Below, one piece after another: positions 27,555 to 36,690 of a stretch of 64,000 nt of DNA (position 1 is its first letter; each line of letters begins with the position of its first letter). Under the pieces are notes generated by a model. That model was not told where the DNA came from. It saw nothing but the letters and a program-made list of their open reading frames with translations, and did not search any database. Source of the stretch: Nocardioides sp. Lineage in GTDB: Bacteria; Actinomycetota; Actinomycetes; Propionibacteriales; Nocardioidaceae. Both the position numbers and the translations under genes were made by a program. The stretch covers positions 2,249 to 66,248 of the forward strand of contig JAUYLL010000045.1 of assembly GCA_030698375.1 (NCBI GenBank), written 5' to 3'.

Positions 27555-28319
27555 TCAGCCGAAGGCGCGCAGCACGTGCCCGTGCACGTCGGGGTAGCGC
27601 ATCAGGTGCGCACCGCCGTTGAGGTCGAGGACCTCGCCGGTCAGCCACGCCGAGCGCAGGGTGAACAGCACCGCGTCGGCGATCTCCTCGACCGTCCCGG
27701 GGCGCCCCAGCGGGGTCTGGGCGACGTAGTCGTCGCGCACCCCGGGGATGTCCATGGCCGGCGCGGTCAGCGGGGTCTCGACCAGGCCGGGGGAGACGGC
27801 GTTGACCCGTATCCGCGGGGCCATCTCGAGCGCCGCGACCTGGGTGAGCATCGCGAGCCCGGCCTTGGCCGCGCAGTAGGGCCCGAAGCCCACCCCGACC
27901 TGACGGGCGTTGAGCGAGGTCAGCGACGTGATGGCGCCGCCGTCGGCCACGTGTCGGCCGGCGTGCTTGAGCACGAGGAAGGCGCCGTGTAGGCACACGT
28001 CGGTCACCCGGCGAAACTCGGCCTCGTCGATCTCGGTCAGCAGCCCCAGCGTGCTCGAGCCGGCACTGTTGACGACTGCGCGCAGGTCCCCGTCGGCGGC
28101 CGCGGCCTCCACCACCGCCGCGACCGAGGCCTCGTCGGTGACGTCGACGCGGACACCCTCGTGGCCGTCCCCGGACAACGTCCCGGCGAGCGCCACCGCG
28201 GCGGGCCCGTCGAGGTCGGCGACGGTGACGCGGTGCCCGGCGTCAGCCAGGGCGCACGCGGTGGCGGCGCCGATCCCGGACGCACCGCCGATGACCAGGG
28301 CCGTTCCTGTGGCGCTCAT
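27555..28319 (-). CDS. SDR oxidoreductase
   Basis: GGASGIG, NSAG and YCAAK motifs; start overlaps upstream stop. Confidence 0.88.
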   Translation of the reverse strand: MSATGTALVIGGASGIGAATACALADAGHRVTVADLDGPAAVALAGTLSGDGHEGVRVDVTDEASVAAVVEAAAADGDLRAVVNSAGSSTLGLLTEIDEAEFRRVTDVCLHGAFLVLKHAGRHVADGGAITSLTSLNARQVGVGFGPYCAAKAGLAMLTQVAALEMAPRIRVNAVSPGLVETPLTAPAMDIPGVRDDYVAQTPLGRPGTVEEIADAVLFTLRSAWLTGEVLDLNGGAHLMRYPDVHGHVLRAFG

Positions 28320-28993
28320 CCGACGGCCCCGGCCGCCGCGGCGTCTAGGTCCTCGCCAGCGGCCCAGCGCGGAACGATCCACACGCCCTCGGCCTCGATC
28401 GCGACGGACCCGGGGGCACCGATGGTGCCGCGCAGGAACAGCTTGCGGCCCTCCTGGCGCTCGACCCGGCCCTCGAGCTCGACGGGTCCGAGCAGGAGGC
28501 TGTCGCGGTAGCGCAGCGTGAGCGTGCCGGTCACGGCGATCTTCGTGTAGCCCATCGAGGCGGTCTCGCCGAGGAGGTGGTCGAGGAGCAGTGCGCTGAC
28601 ACCGCCGTGCACGATGCCCGGCTGCCCCTCGTACGGCGCCCCGAGCGTGAGCGCGGCGCGGCAGTGACCCGGTTCGACCTGCTCCACGGCCATCGGCGGC
28701 GCCACGGCGTTGCGGCGGCCCACAGCGGCGTTCCCCCAGTTCCAGGAACGCCCTTCGTTGTTGAAGCTCACCCCCACGGGCCCGGGGTGCGCCTCCGCCT
28801 CGAGCATCGTCACGACCTCCCGCACCCGGGCGGCAGCGTCGGTGACGGTGTCGCCCGGCACGGTGGTGCGGATCGCCACGTCGACGAGGTCGCGCACGGC
28901 AGCCACGAGGGGTGCGTGGGTCGCCTCGATGGCGTCGATCTCGGCGGTGGGGACGTCGGCGTGCACGAAGCCGCGGATGCTGTCCCCGCTCAT
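28316..28993 (-). CDS. PaaI family thioesterase
   Basis: YEGQPGIVHGGVSALLLD hotdog-fold motif. Confidence 0.88.
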   Translation of the reverse strand: MSGDSIRGFVHADVPTAEIDAIEATHAPLVAAVRDLVDVAIRTTVPGDTVTDAAARVREVVTMLEAEAHPGPVGVSFNNEGRSWNWGNAAVGRRNAVAPPMAVEQVEPGHCRAALTLGAPYEGQPGIVHGGVSALLLDHLLGETASMGYTKIAVTGTLTLRYRDSLLLGPVELEGRVERQEGRKLFLRGTIGAPGSVAIEAEGVWIVPRWAAGEDLDAAAAGAVG

Positions 28994-29925
28994 GCGTCCG
29001 CCCCGACCTGCGCGGTGCGGAGCGTCCGGGCGAGGAAGGCGACCTGGTGGCGGACGACCGCCTCGTGCCACGGCTTCCCCGGCCAGACATCGAAGTGGTC
29101 GGCGGGGTAGTGGCGCACCACTGCCCGGGCGGCGAACGCGGCCTTGGCGGCGGCGTGCGGCGGGGCGCTGCGGTCCAGGTCGGCGATCTGGAAGAGCGCG
29201 GGGCAGGTGACCTGCTTGGCGTCCCGGGTGGCCCGCACGGAGCCGAGCTCGAGCCCGACCGCGGCGTCGACCTCGTTGCGCCAGGTGGGGCCGGCGATCG
29301 CGAGGTAGTCCTCGTAGCACCCGTCGAGGGTGAGCGCGGCGGTCTCGCCGGGGCGGCCGACGACCGGCATGGTCCGGGCTGGGCGCCCGCGCAGGCCCGC
29401 GACCCGGCTGGCGACACCGGCCGCGGTCGAGCGGGCCATGGCCGAGGGCTTGTGGGAGGCGAGGGCGTGCCGACCGGCGGCGAGCCCGTCGACCAGGGGG
29501 GTGAGGGAGACGACCGCGGCTACGTCGTCGCGCCCGGCCGCGACCGACAGCACGTGGCCGCCGGCCAGGGAGACCCCCCATAGCACCACGCGTGCGGGGT
29601 CGACCCCCGGGAGCGTCGCGGCCAGGGCCATCGCAGCGCGGTAGTCCTCCTGCTGCCGGGTGACGCTCACCTGCTGGCGCGGGTCGCCCTCGCTGGCACC
29701 GAAGCCGCGGTAGTCGAAGGCGAGCACGTCGAGCCCGGCACCGGCCAGGGCCTCGGCGAACGGCGCCAGGCCGGAGTCCTTGGTGCCCCCGAGCCCGTGG
29801 GCCATGACCACCACGGGGCGGCCGCCCGGGCCCTCGAGCGCGTAGCCGGTCGCGGGGAAGTGCCAGGCGGCGCAGGAGGTGCCGTGGGAGTCGAAGGTGA
29901 GGTCGCGCGGTGTCGTCAGGGTCAT
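28990..29925 (-). CDS. Alpha/beta hydrolase
   Basis: MAHGLGG, DYRGFGAS, GVSLAG nucleophile, D and HF. Confidence 0.88.
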   Translation of the reverse strand: MTLTTPRDLTFDSHGTSCAAWHFPATGYALEGPGGRPVVVMAHGLGGTKDSGLAPFAEALAGAGLDVLAFDYRGFGASEGDPRQQVSVTRQQEDYRAAMALAATLPGVDPARVVLWGVSLAGGHVLSVAAGRDDVAAVVSLTPLVDGLAAGRHALASHKPSAMARSTAAGVASRVAGLRGRPARTMPVVGRPGETAALTLDGCYEDYLAIAGPTWRNEVDAAVGLELGSVRATRDAKQVTCPALFQIADLDRSAPPHAAAKAAFAARAVVRHYPADHFDVWPGKPWHEAVVRHQVAFLARTLRTAQVGADA

Positions 29926-30572
29926 CGGGTGCTCCTGGGCGTGGGGTCGTCGGTGCCGAAGATGGTGCGGGTCCAGATCGCCACGACGGCGTCGAGGTGC
30001 TCCTCGCGGGGCACCGCGCTGCCGCGGACCTCGCGCTCGAGGACCCGGTCGTTGAGCTCGAGCAGCAGGCTGGCCAGGGACGTGGCATCCGGGCCGCCGG
30101 GTGCACGGCCGGCGGCCCGCTCGTCCCGGATCGTCGTGGCGACCGGCTCGACGAACGACTCCCGCGCGGCGTCCCAGAGCTCGCGCACGGTGTTGCTCGT
30201 CGCGCGAGCCTCGAGCATCGCGGCGTACAGGTGGGCGTGCTGGTCGAGGGTCTCGAACATCTCCTGGAGGCCGGCCTTGATCCGGGCGCGCGGGGTCTCG
30301 TCCTCGGCTCGCAGCAGGGTCGCGGCGACGAAGGAGTCGTCGTACACCTCGGCCATGAGGGCGGAGACCGCCACGGCTTTGCTCTCGAAGTAGAAGTAGA
30401 ACGCCGAGCGGGTCACCCCGGCCCGGTTCGAGATGTCGGCGACGTTGATCTCCGCGAGCGGCTGCTCGCGCAGCATCGCGTCGAGCGCCGCGAGCAGCGA
30501 CGCCCGGCGCCGGTCGGCTCGCGCCGGGGGTGTGGTCGGGGACGGGCCCCGAGCCCCCGCGGCGGCGCTCAC
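29922..30572 (-). CDS. TetR family regulator (EthR-like)
   Basis: ISNRAGVTRSAFYFYFESK HTH; W.RTIFG C-terminus. Confidence 0.88.
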   Translation of the reverse strand: MSAAAGARGPSPTTPPARADRRRASLLAALDAMLREQPLAEINVADISNRAGVTRSAFYFYFESKAVAVSALMAEVYDDSFVAATLLRAEDETPRARIKAGLQEMFETLDQHAHLYAAMLEARATSNTVRELWDAARESFVEPVATTIRDERAAGRAPGGPDATSLASLLLELNDRVLEREVRGSAVPREEHLDAVVAIWTRTIFGTDDPTPRSTR

Positions 30573-31963
30573 CGTGCGGCCACGGCGGCTGCGCTGTGCG
30601 TCGCCCGGTCGAGGAACGCCGGCGGACCGAGCTCGGCGACCCGCCGACGGCCGGCCGGGAGCTCCTTGGCCCGCATGTCGTGCTCGTAGACGAAGTAGTC
30701 GACCTGCTGGGTGTGGCGCGCGGAGTCCTGCATGTGCCCGATGTACTTCTGCTCGTCGGCCATGATCACCCGCTCCATCTCCGCAGGGCTCGGCAACCGG
30801 TAGAGCCCGGCGGCGTAGGCGCCCACGAGACGGGCCTGGGACTCCACGAACGGGAAGAGCGTGGGCGTGGACTGGGCGAACCCGACCAGCAGCAGGTCCT
30901 CCAGACCCGGCTTGAACATCCGCTTGTACAGCGGGATGACGTTGTCGGGCGCGCTGAGGACCTCGGGGTCCATGAACGGGAAGGTGATGTTGTAGCCGGT
31001 CGCGTAGACGATGACGTCGAACTCGGCGCTGGTGCCGTCGATGAAGTGGACGGTGCGGTCGTCGAGGCGGGCCACGTTCGGCTTCGGGGTCACGTCACCC
31101 GAGCCCAGGCGCAGCGGGAGCTCGACGGACTGGGTCGGGTGGGCCTCGAAGAACTTGTGGTTGGGCTTGGGCAGTCCGTACAGCTCGGGGTTCGACCCGG
31201 TCATGAACTGCATCTTCTGGACGAGCTTGCGCTGCCACGACAGCGGCAGGTAGGGCGTGGTCTTGTAGTACTTGTCGGCCGGCAGGCCGTAGGCGTACTT
31301 CGGCACGATCCAGGCACTCGAGCGGGTGGAGAGCGTGACCTCGTTCTGCAGGGTCTTCGAGGACAGCTCGACGGTGATGTCGGCGGCGCTGTTGCCCAGG
31401 CCGACGACGAGGATTCGCTTGCCGGTCAGCGGCAGCGGCGTCTGCGGGTCGATGTAGGCATGGGAGTGGATCGACTCCCCGGTGAACTCGCCCTCGAACT
31501 TCGCGAAGCGCGGGTCCCAGTGGTGGCCGTTGCCGACGACGAGGAGGTCGAACTCGCGCGTCGTCCCGGCCTGGTCGAGGATCTCCCAGCCGCCCCCGTC
31601 GCGGCGCGCGGCGTGCACGACCCCGTTCTCGAACTCGATGTGGCGGCGCAGGTCGAAGGTGTCGGCGTACCCGTCGAGGTAGTCCTTGATCTGGGTGTGG
31701 TGCGGGAAGTCGGGGTAGTGCTCGGGCATCGGGTAGTCGCGGAAGGACAGCCGGTGCTTGGAGGTGTCGATGTGCAGCGACCGGTAGGCGCTGCTGTGGC
31801 CGTTGGGGTTGCCGAACGCCCAGTTGCCGCCCACCCGGTCGGAGGACTCGAACGTCGTCACGTCGACGCCGTAGTCGCTGAGCATCTTGGTGCTGGTCAG
31901 GCCGCTGATGCCGGCGCCGACGACCGCGACCCGGGGGCCGGGGAACTGGGGACTGCGGGACAC
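30569..31963 (-). CDS. Flavin-containing monooxygenase (FMO type)
   Basis: GAGISG, FTGESIHSHAY (FxGxxxHxxxY), GLGNSA and ATGY motifs. Confidence 0.92.
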   Translation of the reverse strand: MSRSPQFPGPRVAVVGAGISGLTSTKMLSDYGVDVTTFESSDRVGGNWAFGNPNGHSSAYRSLHIDTSKHRLSFRDYPMPEHYPDFPHHTQIKDYLDGYADTFDLRRHIEFENGVVHAARRDGGGWEILDQAGTTREFDLLVVGNGHHWDPRFAKFEGEFTGESIHSHAYIDPQTPLPLTGKRILVVGLGNSAADITVELSSKTLQNEVTLSTRSSAWIVPKYAYGLPADKYYKTTPYLPLSWQRKLVQKMQFMTGSNPELYGLPKPNHKFFEAHPTQSVELPLRLGSGDVTPKPNVARLDDRTVHFIDGTSAEFDVIVYATGYNITFPFMDPEVLSAPDNVIPLYKRMFKPGLEDLLLVGFAQSTPTLFPFVESQARLVGAYAAGLYRLPSPAEMERVIMADEQKYIGHMQDSARHTQQVDYFVYEHDMRAKELPAGRRRVAELGPPAFLDRATHSAAAVAAR

Positions 31964-32020
31964 GGGCGCTCCTGGGGTTCTCGGGGTGACGGCCTGCTGC
32001 TGGCGACACTAGGCCTGGAA

Positions 32021-32054
32021 TTGACACGCGTCAACGGATTCCGACACGTGTCAG
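32021..32054. promoter_or_regulatory. Tandem operators TTGACACGCGTCAA and CCGACACGTGTCAG
   Basis: Two dyads 20 bp apart, upstream of the FMO operon. Confidence 0.75.
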
Positions 32055-32084
32055 TGGCGGCGCGGGCGCCGCGCTCCTGCCAAG

Positions 32085-32939
32085 GTGTACGACGTGGAGC
32101 TGCCCGTCGTCGGTGAGGTCGGGGTCGCGGTGGTGGTCGCGGCCGTGCTGGGCGTCCTCTGGGCCACCAGCACCGGCCTGCTCATCGCGGCGCGGGTGCA
32201 GTTGGCGCGCTCCCGGGCCCGCGCCCGCCGGCTGACCGCCCAGCTGGAGGACCAGGGCCGCCGTCCCCCGCGCAACGTCGCCGAGCGCGCGGTGAAGGTC
32301 GCGGTGTCCACCGTCGCCAAGGTGCGCGACCACGGCGTGAGCAGCCTGGTGCTCTCCTCGATCGACGACCTCACCCGCTGGGCGCTGGAGGACCGCGCCG
32401 AGATCGCCAAGGTCGCCGCGCCCGACGGCACCGTGACCGTGCTCTTCTCCGACGTCGAGAGCTCGACGGCGATGAACGAGGAGCTCGGGGACACCGCGTG
32501 GGTGCGCCTCCTCGAGGCGCACGACGCGCTCGTGCGCGCCCAGGTGGACCGGCACCACGGGCACGTCGTGAAGTCCCAGGGAGACGGCTTCATGGTGGTC
32601 TTCGGTGACCCTGCCGACGCGGTGAGCGCGGCGATCGGGGTCCAGCGCGCCCTCGGGTCCGCGCGCGGCCGCCGGCTGCGACGCCATCCCATCCGGGTGC
32701 GGCTGGGCATGCACACCGGCCCGACCATCAGCCGGGACGGCGACTACTTCGGTCGCAGCGTCGCGTTCGCCGCCCGGGTGGCCGCCCGCGCGGACGGCGG
32801 TCAGGTGCTGGTCTCCGACGCGGTGCGCGACGCGCTGCCCGACGAGCACGGGTACGTCCTCGAGGACCTCGGCGAGGTGGGCCTCAAGGGGCTCCAGGGC
32901 GAGCATCGCCTGTGGGCCGTCGACTGGTCGGCGCCCTAG
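32085..32939 (+). CDS. Class III adenylate/guanylate cyclase with N-terminal TM helix
   Basis: FSDVESST, KSQGDGFM, GMHTG and DYFGRSVAFAAR motifs. Confidence 0.87.
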   Translation: MYDVELPVVGEVGVAVVVAAVLGVLWATSTGLLIAARVQLARSRARARRLTAQLEDQGRRPPRNVAERAVKVAVSTVAKVRDHGVSSLVLSSIDDLTRWALEDRAEIAKVAAPDGTVTVLFSDVESSTAMNEELGDTAWVRLLEAHDALVRAQVDRHHGHVVKSQGDGFMVVFGDPADAVSAAIGVQRALGSARGRRLRRHPIRVRLGMHTGPTISRDGDYFGRSVAFAARVAARADGGQVLVSDAVRDALPDEHGYVLEDLGEVGLKGLQGEHRLWAVDWSAP

Positions 32940-32942
32940 CCC

Positions 32943-33560
32943 GTGGACATCGTGTGGCTGGGCCTCGGCCTCGGGCTGGCCGCCGGGGTCAGCCCCGGGC
33001 CGCTGTCGGTGCTGGTGGTGACGGCCACGCTGCGCTCGGGGCTCCGCGCCGGGCTGCTCACCTCGGTCGTCCCGCTGCTCACCGACGTGCTCGTCGTGGC
33101 GCTCGCGCTCACGGTCCTCCGTCAGTTGTCCGACCGGGGGCTGGGGGCACTCGGCGTGGTGGGCGGGCTGGTCGTGGCCGCCGTCGGGGTGCGGACGGTG
33201 GTCGATGCCCGCGGCGCCTCCGTGGAGGCCGACCGTGCGATGCCGGACTCGTGGCGCACCACCCTGCGGCGGGCGTTCCTCGTCAACATCCTCAGCCCGC
33301 ACCCCTGGGTGGCCTGGTTGACCGTCCTCGGCCCGCTCGCCGTCGCTGCCGGCCGTACGTCGACCCTCGCCGGGGTGCTCTTCGTGGCAGCGTTCTACGT
33401 GGGGATCGTCGGCGCGAAGGCCGCGCTGGCGGTGGTGGTGGCCGGGGGCAGGGACCGGCTGCGCGACGCCGGCTACCGACGGGCCCTGGGGCTGGCCGGC
33501 CTGCTGCTCCTCGGCGCCGGCGCCGTGATGCTGCTGGAGTTCGGACCGGCGCTCACGTGA
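32943..33560 (+). CDS. LysE family exporter
   Basis: SPGP motif, NILSPH, about six TM segments. Confidence 0.82.
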   Translation: MDIVWLGLGLGLAAGVSPGPLSVLVVTATLRSGLRAGLLTSVVPLLTDVLVVALALTVLRQLSDRGLGALGVVGGLVVAAVGVRTVVDARGASVEADRAMPDSWRTTLRRAFLVNILSPHPWVAWLTVLGPLAVAAGRTSTLAGVLFVAAFYVGIVGAKAALAVVVAGGRDRLRDAGYRRALGLAGLLLLGAGAVMLLEFGPALT

Positions 33561-33662
33561 GCACCGGTGGATCAGACCCTCCAGGTGACGGCCTGGGCGA
33601 GGTGGTCGGCCAGCGGCAGGGACGTCGCGGACGTCCTCCTGGCGAACCTGGCTGTACGCCGC

Positions 33663-34073
33663 TCAGGACCCCATGTCCGAGATTTTCTCGATGAGGGCCG
33701 TCGTCGAGATGGCGGGCGTGCGCGGCAGGTAGACCACGCGGCAGATGTCCTCGAACTCGTCGAACTTCCCGGCCCAGTCGTCACCCATGACCAGGACGTC
33801 GGCGTGGTGCTCGAGGAGGTAGTCCCGCTTCTGCTCCAGGCTCTCCTCGAGGAAGACCTCGTGCACGGGCTTCAGAGAGCGGACGATCTCCATCCGCTCG
33901 GCCTCGGAGAAGACCGGTGCCCGGCCCTTCTTGCGCACGTTGAGCGCGTCGGCGGAGACCCCGACCACGAGGCGGTCGCCGAGCGCGGCGGCCCGCTGGA
34001 CCACCCGGAGGTGGCCGACGTGGAAGACGTCGAAGGTGCCGAAGGTGACGACGGTGGTGGGACGCTCGTTCAT
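33663..34073 (-). CDS. Cytidylyltransferase (TagD-like)
   Basis: GTFDVFHVGH, MGDDW and RTPAISTT motifs. Confidence 0.88.
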   Translation of the reverse strand: MNERPTTVVTFGTFDVFHVGHLRVVQRAAALGDRLVVGVSADALNVRKKGRAPVFSEAERMEIVRSLKPVHEVFLEESLEQKRDYLLEHHADVLVMGDDWAGKFDEFEDICRVVYLPRTPAISTTALIEKISDMGS

Positions 34074-34116
34074 GGGCGGCATCCTCGCATGGGCCCACCG
34101 GGTAGGTTCACGCCCG

Positions 34117-35373
34117 ATGTCGATCTCGCTGGTGACCCCCGATCCTGCCGCCGATGCCGCCCGGCGGGCCGGTCTGCGCCGCATGCGAGCGGTCGCGTCC
34201 TCCCTGCTCTTCATCGCCGCGGCGGTCTACGTGCTCACCCACGGCGAGGACGGCGCCTTGGGCTACGTCAACGCCGCGGCCGAGGCGTCGATGGTGGGGG
34301 CGATCGCCGACTGGTTCGCCGTCACCGCGATCTTCCGCCACCCCCTGGGCATCCCCATCCCGCACACCGCGCTGATCCCGCGGAAGAAGCAGATGCTGGG
34401 CCGCAGCCTCGAGGAGTTCGTGGGGGAGAACTTCCTGCACGAGGACGTCATCCGGGAGCGGCTGGGCCACACCGGGGTCACCCTGCGCGTAGGACAGTGG
34501 CTGCAGGAGGAGGAGCACGCCCGGAGGGTGGTCGACGAGTCGGCGTCGCTGCTGCACCTGGCGCTCACGAAGATCCGCGACGCCGACGTGCGCGCGCTGG
34601 TCGAGGAGGCGCTGCTCCCGCGCCTGCGCGAGGAGCCGATCAGCCCCGTCGCCGGCAGCCTGCTGGCCGAGGTGGTGCGCGACGGGGCCCACCACGGGCT
34701 GGTTGACCTCGTGCTCGAGGAGGGCCACCGCTGGCTGGTCGGCAACGCCGACACCTTCACCGAGGTCGTCGGCGAGCGTGCCCCCTGGTGGGCACCCGCC
34801 CGGGTCAACGAGGCGGTCACCACGCGCCTGCACGTCGAGGCGGTCCGCTGGCTCGACGACATCCGGTCCGATCCCGACCACGGGGCACGCCGCGCGCTCG
34901 ACAGCCTGCTGGCCCAACTCGCCGAGGACCTCCTGCACGACGAGGACACCCAGGAGCGGGCCGAGCGCCTCAAGGACCGGATGCTCGCGCAGCCGGCGCT
35001 GGTGGAGAGCGGGATGTCGCTGTGGAACGGCTTCCGGCGTGCGCTGCGCGACTCCCTCGAGGACCCCGCCGGCCCGGTCCGCACCCGTGCGCTCGCCGAG
35101 GTCCAGGCCCTCGGTGAGCGGCTGGTGCGCGACGAGCCGCTGCGGGCCCGGCTCGACCAGCGGGCCGCCGACCTCGTGGTCTTCGGCATCGAGCGCTACG
35201 GCAGCGAGCTGACCGCGGTCATCACCACCACGGTGGAGCGGTGGGACGGCCGGGAGGCGGCTCGCAAGATCGAGCTGCACGTCGGCCGCGACCTGCAGTT
35301 CATCCGGATCAACGGCACCCTCGTCGGCGGCCTCGTGGGTCTGGTCATCCACGCCGTCAGCGAGCTGCTCTGA
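34117..35373 (+). CDS. DUF445 family membrane protein
   Basis: EASMVGAIADWFAVTAIFRHP and GRDLQFIRINGT motifs. Confidence 0.9.
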   Translation: MSISLVTPDPAADAARRAGLRRMRAVASSLLFIAAAVYVLTHGEDGALGYVNAAAEASMVGAIADWFAVTAIFRHPLGIPIPHTALIPRKKQMLGRSLEEFVGENFLHEDVIRERLGHTGVTLRVGQWLQEEEHARRVVDESASLLHLALTKIRDADVRALVEEALLPRLREEPISPVAGSLLAEVVRDGAHHGLVDLVLEEGHRWLVGNADTFTEVVGERAPWWAPARVNEAVTTRLHVEAVRWLDDIRSDPDHGARRALDSLLAQLAEDLLHDEDTQERAERLKDRMLAQPALVESGMSLWNGFRRALRDSLEDPAGPVRTRALAEVQALGERLVRDEPLRARLDQRAADLVVFGIERYGSELTAVITTTVERWDGREAARKIELHVGRDLQFIRINGTLVGGLVGLVIHAVSELL

Positions 35374-35434
35374 TCGACCGCGACCGCGACCGAGCTGGCG
35401 AGGTCGGGACCGCTGGGCGCGTAGGGTCGGCGCG

Positions 35435-35692
35435 GTGAAGTGGATCCGTCGTACGCCGAAGCCCGCCCAGCCCGTGACCCCCGCGGTGCGTGACGTCCCG
35501 CTGCGCGACGACGGCATCCGGTTGGGGCAGTTCCTCAAGCTCGCCGACCTCGCCGACGCCGGCGCGGACGCCAAGCAGCTCATCGCCGACGGGGCCGTGA
35601 CGGTGAACGGGGAGCCCGAGCTGCGCCGCGGCCGGCAGCTGGTCAAGGGCGACGTCGTCACCCTCGGCGACACCAGCGTGCGGGTGGCCTGA
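35435..35692 (+). CDS. S4-domain RNA-binding protein (YbcJ/YaaA-like)
   Basis: IRLGQFLKL...VNGE.ELRRGRQL. Confidence 0.85.
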   Translation: MKWIRRTPKPAQPVTPAVRDVPLRDDGIRLGQFLKLADLADAGADAKQLIADGAVTVNGEPELRRGRQLVKGDVVTLGDTSVRVA

Positions 35693-35724
35693 GCACAGCC
35701 CGGACCCGGTCGCCCGGGCCGCGC

Positions 35725-35756
35725 TCAGCGGACCTCGAGGGTCAGCGGACCTCGAG
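35725..35756 (-). repeat. 15-bp direct duplication of the FKBP gene 3' end (period 17)
   Basis: TCAGCGGACCTCGAG at 35725-35739 and 35742-35756. Confidence 0.85.
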
Positions 35757-36110
35757 CAGGTCCACCACGAAGATGAGGGTCTCGCCGGGCTTGATGACCC
35801 CGCCGGCGCCCCGGTCGCCGTACCCCAGGTGGGGCGGGATCACCAGCTGGCGGCGGCCGCCGACCTTCATCCCCTGGACGCCCTGGTCCCAGCCGGAGAT
35901 GACCTGACCGGCACCGAGGCGGAAGGACAGCGGCTCGTTGCGGTTGTAGCTGGCGTCGAACTCCTCGCCGCTGGAGTGGGCGACCCCCACGTAGTGCACG
36001 CGGACGGTCGTGCCCGCGGTGGCCTCGTCGCCCTCGCCGACGGTGACGTCGCTGACCTGCAGCTCGCTCGGGGCCTCGCCGGGGAAGTCGATCTCGGGCT
36101 TCTCGTCCAT
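35742..36110 (-). CDS. FKBP-type peptidyl-prolyl isomerase
   Basis: VHYVG, FDAS, VISGWD and TLIFVVDL motifs. Confidence 0.93.
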   Translation of the reverse strand: MDEKPEIDFPGEAPSELQVSDVTVGEGDEATAGTTVRVHYVGVAHSSGEEFDASYNRNEPLSFRLGAGQVISGWDQGVQGMKVGGRRQLVIPPHLGYGDRGAGGVIKPGETLIFVVDLLEVR

Positions 36111-36186
36111 CAGTGCTCCTCGCGCAGGGGTTCGGTCGGCGGTGACTCTACGGGGGTGCCCGCTGCGCTCCGGCCCCGACCGTGCC

Positions 36187-36624
36187 TCAGGAACTGCTCC
36201 GGTGGACGTAGGAGTCCAGCTGGTCCCGCTCGAACTCGAGCCGGTCGATCTTGTGCTTGACCACGTCGCCGATGCTCACGATGCCGACCAGGCTGTCGCC
36301 GTCGCACACGGGGACGTGGCGGATGCGCCGCTCGGTCATCGTCTGCATCAGCTCGTCCAGGTCGGTCTCCGGGCTGCAGGTCGAGACCTCGGTGGTCATG
36401 ATCGCGCCGACGGTGTTGTTGACGACGGTGCCGTCGTGGTGCAGGTGACGGACCACGTCGCGCTCGCTGACGATGCCGTCCAGCGACGTGCCGTCGGCGC
36501 TCACGACGAGCGCGCCCACGTTGTGCTCGGCCAGCAGCGCCACGAGCTCCCTCACCCCGGCGTCGGGGCGGACCGTGACGACGTCCTGGCTGGCCTTGGC
36601 GTTGAGAATCTCGCTGATGCGCAT
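36187..36624 (-). CDS. CBS domain protein
   Basis: GIVSERD and IRHVPV...GIVSIGD. Confidence 0.9.
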   Translation of the reverse strand: MRISEILNAKASQDVVTVRPDAGVRELVALLAEHNVGALVVSADGTSLDGIVSERDVVRHLHHDGTVVNNTVGAIMTTEVSTCSPETDLDELMQTMTERRIRHVPVCDGDSLVGIVSIGDVVKHKIDRLEFERDQLDSYVHRSSS

Positions 36625-36690
36625 GAGCCACCTTCGGGTCGGGGGCCCCAAACCTAGACCGCCCGTGGCGCCGTGGCCAGGTCCGCCACG

